A DNA stretch of 64,000 nt from an uncultured Rhodospirillaceae bacterium. Lineage in GTDB: Bacteria > Pseudomonadota > Alphaproteobacteria > UBA9219. The stretch spans positions 5,713 to 69,712 of the forward strand of contig CAZVCG010000004.1 in the NCBI GenBank assembly GCA_964626265.1, given 5' to 3'. The translations under genes were made by a program, and so were the position numbers. The notes under the pieces are model-generated. The model made no database searches. It saw only the letters and a list, made by a program, of their open reading frames with translations, and had not been told where the DNA came from. Of this stretch, positions 36,604 through 46,935 are shown piece after piece. How positions within the stretch are numbered: the stretch's first letter is position 1; each line of letters opens with the position of its first letter.

Positions 36604-38001
36604 TTAAGCCTTAGGCGGTTTAACGCCGCAGGCTTCCAGTTGAGATTTTAGTTGAGCCATCAGGCGTGATAAGCCGGCCTCGTCCCGCGCTTCCGCGCGC
36701 GCCGCCAATACGGCTTGCGTGTTCGAGGCTCGTAAAACCCACCATCCGTCTTTCGTCGTAACGCGAACGCCGTCGATGTCGTTCAACTCAGCCTTTTCCT
36801 GAAGAAGCCGTTGCTTGACTTCTTCGACAACTTTGAACTTGCGAGACTCTTCGATTTCAAAGCGCATTTCCGGCGACGTTACCATGACGGGCAACGCTTC
36901 CCTGTACGACGACAAGGCGCGGCCTGACTGGCTCAGGAGCGAAAGCAAACGAATTGCGGCGTAAATGCCGTCGTCAATTCCGTAATAGATGTCGTTGAAG
37001 AAAATATGGCCCGACATTTCGCCGGCAAGGAGGGCTTTCGTCTCCAGCATCTTCACTTTAATAAGCGGATTTCCCGTTTTCCACATCAGGGGCTTGCCGC
37101 CATTGGCGGCCACGAAGTCGAAAAGAACCTGAGAGGCCTTCACATCGGCGATTATCGTAGCTCCCGGATTTTTTTTCAGCACCTCGCCCGCATAGATCGC
37201 CAGAACCTGATCGCCCGCGAGAAGATGTCCCATATCGTCCACGGCGCCGATGCGATCGGCGTCGCCGTCGAACGCCACGCCGACATCGGCTTTATGTTTT
37301 TGCAAAGCAGCCTGTAAATCGAGCAAATTTTCGGGAACGGAAGGATCGGGATGATGGTTGGGAAAACGTCCGTCGATTTCGGGATAAAGCAGAATATGTT
37401 CGCCCGGCAGTTGTTGGGTCAGTCTTGTAACGATTTCGCCTGCCGCGCCGTTGCCGATATCCCAAACAACCTTTAGTTTTTTATCTCCCTTGTAATCCTG
37501 CAAGAGACGCGTCACGTAGGCATCGCGGATATCCAGTTTTTCGGAACGTCCTTGTCCAACGACAAAATCGCCGGCCAACGCCAGTTTGGAAAGTTCCTTT
37601 ATTTTTTCACCGTAAAATGGCCCGCCATCTTTGAGGTGATTGGCCATCAACATCTTAAAGCCGTTCTGGTCGGCGGGGTTGTGCGAACCCGTCACCATGA
37701 CGCCTGCGTCCGCATGGCGGTGAAACACGGAGAAATAGAGCATTGGCGTCGGTCCCAAGCCTATCCTTTCGACATGTAGTCCCGTGGACATAAGCCCATC
37801 GACCAGAGCGGCTTCAAATCCAGGCGAATGCGTGCGGCCATCATAGCCTACGACGACTCTCTGCCCTCCGGCTCGCACAACCATTGTTCCAAAGGCTCTT
37901 CCGATAGCGGATGCATCGGGAACGTTGAGATTTTTCCCGACCACGCCCCGGATGTCATATTCGCGGATAATGACGGGATCAAAACGGTGGGCGCCGGACA
38001 T
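36604..38001 (-). CDS. Phosphomannomutase/phosphoglucomutase (alpha-D-phosphohexomutase, AlgC-type)
   Basis: Active-site GVMVTGSHNPADQNGFK, Mg loop FDGDADR, sugar-binding GEMSGH. Start set at ATG 38001. Confidence 0.9.
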   Translation of the reverse strand: MSGAHRFDPVIIREYDIRGVVGKNLNVPDASAIGRAFGTMVVRAGGQRVVVGYDGRTHSPGFEAALVDGLMSTGLHVERIGLGPTPMLYFSVFHRHADAGVMVTGSHNPADQNGFKMLMANHLKDGGPFYGEKIKELSKLALAGDFVVGQGRSEKLDIRDAYVTRLLQDYKGDKKLKVVWDIGNGAAGEIVTRLTQQLPGEHILLYPEIDGRFPNHHPDPSVPENLLDLQAALQKHKADVGVAFDGDADRIGAVDDMGHLLAGDQVLAIYAGEVLKKNPGATIIADVKASQVLFDFVAANGGKPLMWKTGNPLIKVKMLETKALLAGEMSGHIFFNDIYYGIDDGIYAAIRLLSLLSQSGRALSSYREALPVMVTSPEMRFEIEESRKFKVVEEVKQRLLQEKAELNDIDGVRVTTKDGWWVLRASNTQAVLAARAEARDEAGLSRLMAQLKSQLEACGVKPPKA

Positions 38002-38186
38002 GCTAAAGCCTTTCTTGCTTACCCGTGATCGGGTTGAGGTTGAAAATATTTTGCCTGTTATATGTGGCTTTATGGCGAATTTTAGTTTCATTTTCAAACT
38101 ATCTTCTCATTTTTCGTCCATAAATCCTTAAGTAAACAAATCATTTTGGGATTGCTCCAGTTTCGTTTGATTTTCGAAACAACAGA

Positions 38187-38798
38187 ATGTCTCAAAAATC
38201 CAAGGATTTCTTAAGCTTGCATAAACATTGCCGTGTCAAAATAGGTATATCTGAAAGGATGTTCAGGCTGACGGCTATGTTCAGGCTAATTTCGCGCATA
38301 CGTGCCACGAGCGGCACGGCTTCGATTCACAAACGATACCGCAAGGGTTTGGCGGCCATCGAGTTTGCCTTGATCGCTCCCGTCTTCTTTATGCTGTTCA
38401 TTGGGCTTATGGAAATGTCGTTGATGCTCTTGGCGCAGCACTTGCTGGAGAACGCGACCTACAACGCCTCGCGTTTGGCCAAAACGGGCTTTGTCGCCGA
38501 AGGAAAAACTCAACTCGAAACCGTGATGGACGTCCTGAACAACGAACTCGGCAGTCTCGCTCCGCTCATCAATATATCAAAGCTCTCCTTTACCTCCACG
38601 TCTTACGGAAAGCTCAGCGATATCGGACAGCCTGGGCAAGGCGCTAACAACCTCGGCGCGGCTAACGAGGTTGTGGTTTATACCGTTACTTATCCATGGC
38701 AGGTATTCACGCCGCTTATGAACGACATCATCGGCGATGAAAACGGGATCATCCGTCTGACATCGCGCATTGTGGTGAAAAATGAGCCTTATAACTAA
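38187..38798 (+). CDS. TadE/TadG-family pilus-assembly (pseudopilin-like) protein
   Basis: N-terminal GLAAIEFALIAPVFFMLFIGLMEMS is the TadE-like motif. Start ambiguous; ATGs at 38259 and 38277 are alternatives. Confidence 0.6.
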   Translation: MSQKSKDFLSLHKHCRVKIGISERMFRLTAMFRLISRIRATSGTASIHKRYRKGLAAIEFALIAPVFFMLFIGLMEMSLMLLAQHLLENATYNASRLAKTGFVAEGKTQLETVMDVLNNELGSLAPLINISKLSFTSTSYGKLSDIGQPGQGANNLGAANEVVVYTVTYPWQVFTPLMNDIIGDENGIIRLTSRIVVKNEPYN

Positions 38799-39372
38799 CT
38801 TATCGCGCCTGAGCGCTTGCCCTTCGTCCTATTTGCGCCGCTGCAAACGGCGGGCGATATCGGCGGTGGAATTCGCCCTGACGTTGCCTATCTGGATCGC
38901 CCTGCTCATAGGCACCACTGACGGGGCCTATATGATGCTGCTGGCTCAGCGCGTCGACCGCATATCTTATACTGTCACCGACATCGTGACGCAGCAGGAA
39001 GCCGTCACGATCGCGGATCTCAATACCATCATGTTGGCCGCTGGACAGCTTATGCAGCCGTTCGATTTCGGGGCTGACGGCATTGTTATCGTGACGTCGA
39101 TTTATAAGCCCGCAGGACAGCCGACAAAAATTTGCTGGCAGCATATTGGCGGCGGGTCGCTGGCCCGCGTCAGTAAAATCGGGACGGTGGGAGCCACGCC
39201 GCAAATGCCGGGCGGGCTGACGCTCAATGACAACGAAAACATCATCGTTTCCGAAGTTTATTACGCTTACAGGCCGATGTTTATTAACGCGGGAATATTC
39301 ACGGCTGACGACATCTATCGTGTCGCCATATACAAACCCCGTTTGAACTCGTTAATTGCAGTGCCTACGTAA
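38782..39372 (+). CDS. TadE/TadG-family pilus-assembly protein
   Basis: AISAVEFALTLPIWIALLIGTTDGAYMM is the TadE-like N-terminus. Confidence 0.65.
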   Translation: MSLITNLSRLSACPSSYLRRCKRRAISAVEFALTLPIWIALLIGTTDGAYMMLLAQRVDRISYTVTDIVTQQEAVTIADLNTIMLAAGQLMQPFDFGADGIVIVTSIYKPAGQPTKICWQHIGGGSLARVSKIGTVGATPQMPGGLTLNDNENIIVSEVYYAYRPMFINAGIFTADDIYRVAIYKPRLNSLIAVPT

Positions 39373-39383
39373 AGGAGAGTGCT

Positions 39384-40826
39384 ATGTTTACGCGCCAATT
39401 CAAAACATTCAAGAATTTGCTCCGGTCCTTCCGTAGCGATGAATCCGGCATGACCTTGCCTATGCTGGCCTTGTCGTTCTTCACGATCGCGGGTTTTGTG
39501 GGCGTCGCCGTCGATATCGCGCGCGTACAGCTTGTGCAATCGCGCCTTTCCTTCTCGCTCGACGCGGCCGGCCTTGCTGCCGGTTCAACGATGAACTCGT
39601 CGAACTATTTGACGGAAGTTAACAAATATCTACGCGCCAACTTCCCTCAAGGGTATCTTGGTTCGACGCAGCCGAGCGCGACCGTCGTTATGAGCGGCGA
39701 CAACATGATTATGAACCTTGTCGCCGTGACGTCCGTTCCCACGACTTTTATGAACGCTTTCGGGATCAGCGACGTTACCATAACCTCCAGCTCGGAAATC
39801 ACGCGAACGGCTTCCGGTCTTGAACTTATACTCGCGCTTGACAACACGGGGTCTATGACCTCCAACAACAAGCTGCAGGCTCTTAAAACCGCCGCGAATA
39901 CGCTGATCAATATTCTCTTCGGCGGACGCGAAACGGTGAAAGATCTATGGGTTGGCATCGTGCCGTTTTCCCAGACCGTTAACATCGGCACGACGCATAC
40001 GGGATGGATGGACACCGCTTTCAACAATACGTTGAACTGGGGTCCGACAAGCTGGATGGGCTGCGTCGACGCTCACGAATTGAACAATCGCGACGTGACG
40101 GACGATCCTCCTTCGGTGCTGCCTTTCCGCGCCTATTATTCGCCCAGTACGGACAACAGACCAGCGCCGAATAACACCACCTCGCAACTTAACGCCAACA
40201 AGTGGGTGACATCGCGTTACGCTGACGGCACGCCAAAAACCTACGCGTCGGGCATTGGCGTGACGCTTGGGCCAAACAAATACTGTCCGCAGATTGTTAC
40301 GCCGATGACGGCAAGCCGCACGAAGCTTGTCAGCGCGGTCAATAACATGCAGGCGCGAGGCAATACCCACATAGGCCTCGGTCTGGCTTGGGCGTGGCGC
40401 ATGATCTCGCCGCGTTGGCGCGGCTTGTGGGGCGGAGAAATGGATACGAACGCCCTCCCGCTCGATTACAACACGCCGCGCATGAACAAGGCGATCATCC
40501 TGCTCACCGACGGTGAAAACACGATGGATACAACAAACTTCACCGCCTATGGCTACCTCAGCGATGGACGTCTTGGAACGACAAACGCTTCGACAGCCGT
40601 AGCCCAGCTCGACGCCCGCATGATGACGATGTGTTCGTCGCTGAAAGCGCAGAACGTGTACGTTTACACGATCGCGCTGGGCAACCCGGGCACGAACATT
40701 CAAAACAAGCTGAAACAATGCGCGTCGGGCGAGAACTATTACTTCAACTCGCCTTCGTCGACCGATTTGATGGCGATATTCAGCGCCATCGGCGACTCTC
40801 TGTCGAACTTGCGCGTAAGTCAGTAA
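39384..40826 (+). CDS. TadG-like protein with von Willebrand factor A domain
   Basis: N-terminal TadE-like TM (LPMLALSFFTIAGFVGVAVDIARV) plus vWA MIDAS motif (LILALDNTGSM). Confidence 0.7.
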   Translation: MFTRQFKTFKNLLRSFRSDESGMTLPMLALSFFTIAGFVGVAVDIARVQLVQSRLSFSLDAAGLAAGSTMNSSNYLTEVNKYLRANFPQGYLGSTQPSATVVMSGDNMIMNLVAVTSVPTTFMNAFGISDVTITSSSEITRTASGLELILALDNTGSMTSNNKLQALKTAANTLINILFGGRETVKDLWVGIVPFSQTVNIGTTHTGWMDTAFNNTLNWGPTSWMGCVDAHELNNRDVTDDPPSVLPFRAYYSPSTDNRPAPNNTTSQLNANKWVTSRYADGTPKTYASGIGVTLGPNKYCPQIVTPMTASRTKLVSAVNNMQARGNTHIGLGLAWAWRMISPRWRGLWGGEMDTNALPLDYNTPRMNKAIILLTDGENTMDTTNFTAYGYLSDGRLGTTNASTAVAQLDARMMTMCSSLKAQNVYVYTIALGNPGTNIQNKLKQCASGENYYFNSPSSTDLMAIFSAIGDSLSNLRVSQ

Positions 40827-40848
40827 GCGTAATAAAGCGGTCGTACAG

Positions 40849-40890
40849 CCCCTTCCGTCCCTCAAAACAAGGACGGAAGGGGTTTTCTGT
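40849..40890 (+). terminator. Rho-independent terminator after the tadG-like gene
   Basis: ccccttccgtcc-ctcaaaacaa-ggacggaagggg (12-bp stem) plus ttttctgtt. Confidence 0.75.
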
Positions 40891-41054
40891 TAACTAACTT
40901 CTTAACAAACGCCCTGAATTTTGCAGCATTACGGACACGTTTATCCCATGAAAGTAAATTAACCTTAATATTAGCCGATTTTTAAACGGAATTGGTGTAT
41001 TGTTGGGGTGCATTTCAGAACCAGTCATTTTTAATCATATTTGGAGTTTTTACC

Positions 41055-41372
41055 ATGACGCATACTACAGGTTCATTTTCCACGTCAGGCGAACAAGTGA
41101 AGATCGTTCGCTTGTCTGACCGTCAAAGAGAACTGGACAAGCTGCCGCCCGTGACTACGCGCCGTTGGGTCACCAGCCGCAAGGCGCAGGTCGTGACGGC
41201 CGTCAGAACGGGCCTCCTGAGCCTTTCGGAAGCCTGTGAGCGTTATCACCTCTCGACGGAAGAGTTTCGCTCGTGGGCGCGCTTGTTCGACGAACATGGG
41301 ATGCGCGGCTTGCGCGCTACGCGGGTTCAGGAATATCGCGTTCCTGAAGAGAGCAACGGAGCCGCATCTTAA
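41055..41372 (+). CDS. DUF1153-family small protein
   Basis: RRWVTSRKAQVVTAVRTGLLSLSEACERYHLSTEEFRSWARLFDEHGMRGLRATRVQEYR matches the conserved alphaproteobacterial DUF1153 pattern. Start at ATG 41055 after GGAG. Confidence 0.7.
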   Translation: MTHTTGSFSTSGEQVKIVRLSDRQRELDKLPPVTTRRWVTSRKAQVVTAVRTGLLSLSEACERYHLSTEEFRSWARLFDEHGMRGLRATRVQEYRVPEESNGAAS

Positions 41373-41408
41373 GGTTAAATTTACGATACCCCAATTGCCA
41401 TCTGACAA

Positions 41409-41437
41409 GGGGCTTGCTTCGGCGAGCCCCTTTTTTT
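41409..41437 (+). terminator. Rho-independent terminator (UUCG tetraloop) after the DUF1153 gene
   Basis: ggggcttgc-ttcg-gcgagcccc followed by ttttttt. Confidence 0.75.
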
Positions 41438-41447
41438 GCGTATAAGG

Positions 41448-42094
41448 TTAATCGGTTTCCGGCAGCGACAGTTCCCATACCCACGCAGGGCGCGTATCGG
41501 CCTCTTCCAGTTCGCGCCTTACGGGAATGACGTATTCGGCTAGCTGTTTTATGCCTGTTTTAGGCGCGTAGGCGCGCGCCGGATCGCCCAGCAGCGCGGG
41601 AACGCCCGCGTAGATGCAGTAATATAGCCAGCGCATGATTTTCGTGGTCATGGCTTGGTTGTAACAGATGTCGCCCGTCAGAATGATGTCGGCCCCCGTA
41701 AACGCCTTTTCCAGCGATAGCCTGTGCAGGTTTTCGATGATGACGTTGTTGCGCGAGGCGTTGACTTGCGTAGCGGCCTTGGCCACGGGATCGATGTCGT
41801 AGGCATAGACTTTGGCAGCTCCGGCTTTCATAGCCGCTATGCCGATCAGGCCGCTTCCCGAGGCGAAATCCAGAACGCGCTTGCCCCTCACCCATGTAGG
41901 ATTGTCGAGGATAAAACGCGCCATGGCCTGACCCCCGGGCCAAGGGAAAGCCCAGTAGGGAGTAGGGTCGATGGAACAGTCCACCCATGCCTGCGCGACT
42001 TCATCAGTGGCCTGATGGAGCAGAATTTCCGGCACGAAGGGAATGGGGGCTAACGTCGTATAGGCCCTGATTTGCTGGATAGCCGAAAGCGTCA
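41448..42094 (-). CDS. Class I SAM-dependent methyltransferase (PrmA/METTL-like small MTase)
   Basis: Motif I VLDFASGSGLIGIAAMKAGAAKVYAYDIDP. Probable TTG start overlapping the ubiA stop (cTTGA). The track ORF extends further upstream into ubiA. Confidence 0.55.
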
Positions 42095-42994
42095 AAGGAA
42101 TTTTCCAATCATAATCGCCAATAAAACAATCAATCCGAAGTCGCGGTTGGCGCGAAAGCGTTTCAGGCAATTGGCCGGATCGTCCGGGTTCCATACCGTC
42201 AGCATCCACACCGCATGGGCCGCCGCGATACCTAGCAAAACAAGGAAACTCTTGCCAAGTCCTGCCGTTAGGCCCGCCAAGGCAATTAGAACGAGAGCGG
42301 CGGCATAAAATAGGGCGATCCATGGGCGCGACCTCTCGCCTAGTTTCAAAGCTAGCGATTTAACGCCGATCAGGGCGTCATCGCGTTTATCCTGATGTGC
42401 GTAGATTGTATCATACGCAAGAGTCCAGAACACGCCGCCGACATAAAGCAGGAAAGCAGGAATTCCGATGCCGCCATGGATGGCGGTCCAACCCATTAGT
42501 GCGCCCAAGTTGAACGCCAGTCCCAGGACGAGTTGAGGCCACCACGTCACGCGCTTGGCCAACGGGTACGTAAAAACCAGCAACAGCGACGCTATGCCAA
42601 GACCTATGGTAAAGCGGTTAAAGAGCAATAGAACGCCCAGGCCGATCAATAATAATAGGGCCAATAGTATGAGCGCTTGCCAAAGTTTAATATCGCCGCT
42701 AGCCAGTGGACGCGACCGTGTACGCTCGACCTTACGGTCGATGTCGCGGTCGTAAATGTCGTTGATTACGCTCCCTGCCCCGCGCATGACGACCGCGCCC
42801 AGAGCGAAGAGCATCAGATACCAAATGTCCGCTAAGGAACCACGCGCAAGCACAACGCCCCACCAGCAGGGCAAAAGAAGCAGCCATGTGCCGATGGGCC
42901 TGTCGAGCCGCATGAGCCGCGCATAAGGCCGGAGCCACGGGGAAAGCTGGCGTTCGACCCAGTCGTCGGCGGGAATGTCGGTGTGCATGGGCAT
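42092..42994 (-). CDS. ubiA: 4-hydroxybenzoate polyprenyltransferase
   Basis: UbiA-superfamily NDIYDRDID motif and multiple TM helices; 300 aa. Confidence 0.9.
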   Translation of the reverse strand: MPMHTDIPADDWVERQLSPWLRPYARLMRLDRPIGTWLLLLPCWWGVVLARGSLADIWYLMLFALGAVVMRGAGSVINDIYDRDIDRKVERTRSRPLASGDIKLWQALILLALLLLIGLGVLLLFNRFTIGLGIASLLLVFTYPLAKRVTWWPQLVLGLAFNLGALMGWTAIHGGIGIPAFLLYVGGVFWTLAYDTIYAHQDKRDDALIGVKSLALKLGERSRPWIALFYAAALVLIALAGLTAGLGKSFLVLLGIAAAHAVWMLTVWNPDDPANCLKRFRANRDFGLIVLLAIMIGKFL

Positions 42995-43052
42995 AATGAA
43001 GGTTTATACGACACCTTCTCTTTACCCGCTACCACGGCTATCATCCCGATTC

Positions 43053-44171
43053 ATGGCTGCCTATATCATCCGACGCTTACTCCTCATGATCCCGACGTTG
43101 TTCGGGATTATGGTGTTGAACTTTTTAATCGTTCAGGCCGCCCCCGGCGGTCCGATCGAGCAGATCGTGGCGCGTCTGCAAGGCACGGCGGTTGAAGCCA
43201 CAGCCCGCGTTTCAGGCAGCGCAGGCGGCGAAGCCGCCGCGCCCGGACAGCATATGCGCGAAAACAATGCCAGCGCTACGGCCTCTTCTCGCTATCGCGG
43301 CGCGCAAGGCGTCGATCCTGAACTGATCAAGGAACTGGAAAAGCAATTCGGGTTCGACCAGCCGTTGCACGTGCGCTTTTTCAAGATGATCGGCAATTAT
43401 CTGCGCTTCGACTTCGGCAAATCCTATTTCCGAGATCAAAAGGTCTTGGACCTTGTCATCAGCAAGATGCCAGTGTCGATGTCGCTGGGAATATGGACCA
43501 CGTTGATCATCTATCTTGTTTCCATACCGCTCGGCATCCGCAAGGCCGTCAAGGACGGCAGCAAGTTCGACATCTGGACAAGCGCGGCGATTATCGCGGG
43601 CTATGCCATCCCCAGTTTTCTGTTTGCCGTTTTATTGATCGTCTTATTCGCGGGCGGAAGGTACCTCGAATGGTTTCCGTTGCGTGGACTGACATCGGAC
43701 AATTGGGACGCGCTTAGCTGGCCTGCGCGAATAGCGGATTACTTCTGGCATATCACATTGCCTATCACGGCCATGGTCATAGGCGGGTTCGCCAGCCTGA
43801 CGATGCTCACGAAGAACTCGTTCCTTGACGAAATCAACAAGCAATACGTTTTGACGGCGCGGGCAAAGGGGCTTTCCGAAAACCGCGTGCTTTACGGGCA
43901 TGTGTTCCGCAACGCTATGCTTTTGGTGATTGCCGGATTCCCCAGCGCATTTATTGCCATTCTCTTTACTGGATCGTTATTGATAGAGGTTATTTTTTCG
44001 CTCGACGGGATGGGTCTTTTGGGTTTTGAGGCCGCGATAAACCGCGACTACCCCGTCATGTTCGGCACGCTGTATTTCTTTACGTTGTTAGGGTTAATTT
44101 TGAACCTTATCGGTGATTTAATGTATGTCGCCGTCGATCCGCGCATAGATTTCGAGACGCGCAGCACATGA
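43053..44171 (+). CDS. yejB: Peptide ABC transporter permease YejB
   Basis: Near-colinear with E. coli YejB ([29 protein letters not shown] ... [10 protein letters not shown]). Start at ATG 43053. Confidence 0.9.
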   Translation: MAAYIIRRLLLMIPTLFGIMVLNFLIVQAAPGGPIEQIVARLQGTAVEATARVSGSAGGEAAAPGQHMRENNASATASSRYRGAQGVDPELIKELEKQFGFDQPLHVRFFKMIGNYLRFDFGKSYFRDQKVLDLVISKMPVSMSLGIWTTLIIYLVSIPLGIRKAVKDGSKFDIWTSAAIIAGYAIPSFLFAVLLIVLFAGGRYLEWFPLRGLTSDNWDALSWPARIADYFWHITLPITAMVIGGFASLTMLTKNSFLDEINKQYVLTARAKGLSENRVLYGHVFRNAMLLVIAGFPSAFIAILFTGSLLIEVIFSLDGMGLLGFEAAINRDYPVMFGTLYFFTLLGLILNLIGDLMYVAVDPRIDFETRST

Positions 44172-45220
44172 AACTATCCCCGTCAACATGGTCTCCTATC
44201 GCTCAGCGCCGCTGGAACAATTTCCGGGCGAATAAACGCGGGTTTTGGTCGTTTTGGATTTTCCTTTTCCTTTTCTTTCTTACGTTGGGGGCGGAGTTCG
44301 TCGCGAACGACAAGCCGCTTATCATTCACGTCGATCAAAGATATTACTTTCCAATTTTCAAATCCTATCCCGAAACGGCTTTCGGCGGCGATTTTGAAAC
44401 CGAAACGCGTTACCGCGATCCGTTCGTTAAAAAGCTGATCGAGGATAAAGGCGGGTGGATGGTTTGGCCGCTTATCCCCTATTCCTACAACACGATCAAT
44501 TACGAATTACAGCAACCAGCGCCTTCGCCGCCTTCATCCGAAAACTGGTTCGGCACGGACGATCAGGGCCGCGACGTTCTGGCGCGGATGATCTACGGCT
44601 ATCGTATTTCCATCCTCTTCGGCCTTACGCTTACGCTATTTTCGTCGCTTATCGGCATTTCCGCTGGCGCGGCGCAAGGCTATTTCGGCGGAAAGACCGA
44701 CCTGTTTTTGCAGCGTTTCATCGAAATCTGGCATGGAATGCCGGTGCTTTATCTGCTCATCATCATGGCGTCTCTCGTTCAGCCGAACTTTTGGTGGCTG
44801 CTGTGCCTGATGCTTTTGTTTTCATGGATGGAGCTTGTGAACGTCGTCCGCGCAGAGTTTCTGCGCGCGCGCAATCTGGATTTCGTCCGTGCAGCGAAAG
44901 CGTTGGGCGCGAAAGACGGCCTTATCATCTTTAAGCATGTCCTGCCCAACGCAATGGTGGCGACGATTACGTTTTTACCGTTTGTCACTAAGGCTTCCAT
45001 CACGACGCTGACAGCTCTGGATTTTCTAGGATTCGGATTGCCCCCGGGGTCGCCTTCGCTTGGCGAGTTGCTCAATCAAGGTAAAAACAACCTTCATGCG
45101 CCTTGGCTGGGCATAAGTGCGTTCGCCGTACTTGCGGTGATGTTAACCCTTTTGATCTTTATGGGCGAAGCCGTACGCGACGCGTTCGACGCACGGAAAG
45201 TGTTCGGGAAGCGGCAATGA
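44168..45220 (+). CDS. yejE: Peptide ABC transporter permease YejE
   Basis: RLSP..Q.RW..FR.N.RG.WS.WIFL.LF.L.L..E..ANDKPL matches the E. coli YejE N-terminus. Overlaps yejB by 4 nt. Confidence 0.9.
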   Translation: MKLSPSTWSPIAQRRWNNFRANKRGFWSFWIFLFLFFLTLGAEFVANDKPLIIHVDQRYYFPIFKSYPETAFGGDFETETRYRDPFVKKLIEDKGGWMVWPLIPYSYNTINYELQQPAPSPPSSENWFGTDDQGRDVLARMIYGYRISILFGLTLTLFSSLIGISAGAAQGYFGGKTDLFLQRFIEIWHGMPVLYLLIIMASLVQPNFWWLLCLMLLFSWMELVNVVRAEFLRARNLDFVRAAKALGAKDGLIIFKHVLPNAMVATITFLPFVTKASITTLTALDFLGFGLPPGSPSLGELLNQGKNNLHAPWLGISAFAVLAVMLTLLIFMGEAVRDAFDARKVFGKRQ

Positions 45221-46935
45221 CCCTACTCACCGTCGACAACCTGAGCGTGACGTTCGGACAAGGAAGCCAAGCCGTTCAGGCCGTGCGCAACATCAGCTTT
45301 TCGATGCAGCGCGGGGAAACGATGGCTTTGGTTGGCGAGTCCGGCTCCGGTAAATCGGTGACGGCGTTGTCGATCCTGCAACTCCTGCCCTACCCGCACG
45401 CGTGGCATCCCTCGGGGGCAATAACGTTTGATGAAAAGCTTCTCTTCAACGCTGACATGCCTAACGTGTCATTCCCGCGAAAGCGGGAATCAAGGGCGAG
45501 CGATAGCGAGCATGTGAGTCCACAAGAATTGACTCATATGGCCCGCCGACGCGGGCCACTGGATTCCCGCTTTCGCGGGAATGACATAGTAAATATAGAA
45601 ACCATCCGCGGGAACAGGATTGCGATGATCTTTCAGGAGCCGATGACGTCGCTTAACCCGCTTCACACGATCGAAAAACAGATCAACGAAGTCTTGTTCC
45701 TGCACAAGAACATGAATAAGGAACAGGCGCGAGCGCGGACGCTGGAGCTGCTTAAGCTTGTGGCTTTGCCAGACGCCGAAAAACGCCTGACAGCCTATCC
45801 TCATGAACTTTCTGGCGGCCAACGCCAACGCGTGATGATCGCGATGGCCTTGGCGAACGATCCGGACTTGCTCATCGCCGACGAGCCGACGACGGCGCTC
45901 GACGTGACGATACAGGCCCAAATTCTCGCTTTGCTGAAAGACCTTCAAAAGAAGCTTGGGATGGCGTTACTGCTCATTACGCATGACCTCGGCATTGTGC
46001 GTCATATGGCCGACAAGGTTTGCGTTATGCAACATGGCGAAATTGTCGAGCAAGGCGATGCAAATGAAGTATTCACACGACCGCGTCATCCCTACACGCA
46101 AATGCTATTGGCGGCGGAACCAAAGGGCCAAGCGTTGCCTGTTGACGCCGATGCTCCGGAAGTTTTCAGCGGCACGAATGTCAAAGTCCACTTTCCGATC
46201 AAGAAGGGCGTGTTGCGTAAGACGGTCGATTTTGTCCGCGCCGTGGACGGCGTTACGCTTAAGGTCCGGGCCGGAGAAACTGTCGGCGTGGTGGGCGAGT
46301 CAGGCTCCGGCAAAACGACGTTAGGGCTGGCGTTGTTGCGGTTGACGTCTTCGCAAGGCGCACTGGTTTTTTCGGGGCAGAATATCTCCGCATTGAATAA
46401 CGCGGACGTAAGACCGCTGCGCAAATCCATGCAAATGGTGTTTCAAGACCCCTATGGCAGCCTTAGTCCACGCATGACCATCGGCGACATTGTAGCCGAA
46501 GGCCTGGATATACATAAACTTTATCAGTCAGCTACGGATCGAGCTCAACGCATAGAAAATGCGTTGCAGGAAGTGGGGCTCGATTCCTCCATGCGCGACA
46601 GATATCCGCACGAGTTTTCCGGCGGCCAGCGCCAACGCATCGCCATCGCGCGCGCGATGATTTTGAATCCCAAGTTTGTAGTGCTGGACGAACCGACTTC
46701 CGCGCTCGATATGTCGGTGCAAGCGCAAATCGTGGACTTGCTGCGCGACCTGCAACAACGGCACGGCCTCGCCTATCTCTTCATCAGCCACGATTTGCGC
46801 GTGGTGAAGGCATTGTCGAACCACATCATCGTGATGAAAGCGGGCAAGGTCGTCGAACAGGGGCCTGCGAACGATGTGTTCACCTCGCCCAAGGAAGAGT
46901 ATACGCAGACGTTGCTGAAAGCAGCGCTTAGTTAG
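45217..46935 (+). CDS. yejF: Peptide ABC transporter ATP-binding protein YejF (tandem ATPase domains), carrying an in-frame ~40-aa insertion
   Basis: Two Walker A motifs (GESGSGKS twice), two LSGGQRQR signatures, and ATGA overlap with yejE. It is 572 aa, about 43 aa longer than E. coli YejF. Confidence 0.9.
   Translation: MTLLTVDNLSVTFGQGSQAVQAVRNISFSMQRGETMALVGESGSGKSVTALSILQLLPYPHAWHPSGAITFDEKLLFNADMPNVSFPRKRESRASDSEHVSPQELTHMARRRGPLDSRFRGNDIVNIETIRGNRIAMIFQEPMTSLNPLHTIEKQINEVLFLHKNMNKEQARARTLELLKLVALPDAEKRLTAYPHELSGGQRQRVMIAMALANDPDLLIADEPTTALDVTIQAQILALLKDLQKKLGMALLLITHDLGIVRHMADKVCVMQHGEIVEQGDANEVFTRPRHPYTQMLLAAEPKGQALPVDADAPEVFSGTNVKVHFPIKKGVLRKTVDFVRAVDGVTLKVRAGETVGVVGESGSGKTTLGLALLRLTSSQGALVFSGQNISALNNADVRPLRKSMQMVFQDPYGSLSPRMTIGDIVAEGLDIHKLYQSATDRAQRIENALQEVGLDSSMRDRYPHEFSGGQRQRIAIARAMILNPKFVVLDEPTSALDMSVQAQIVDLLRDLQQRHGLAYLFISHDLRVVKALSNHIIVMKAGKVVEQGPANDVFTSPKEEYTQTLLKAALS
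45455..45600. mobile_element. ~118-bp palindromic repeat element (MITE/RPE-like) inserted in frame within yejF
   Basis: Inverted 25-nt palindromic termini at 45468-45492 gtcattcccgcgaaagcgggaatca and 45561-45585 ggattcccgctttcgcgggaatgac. The internal sequence is similar to the intergenic copy at 22111-22243. Translated as ...[39 protein letters not shown]... Confidence 0.55.
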
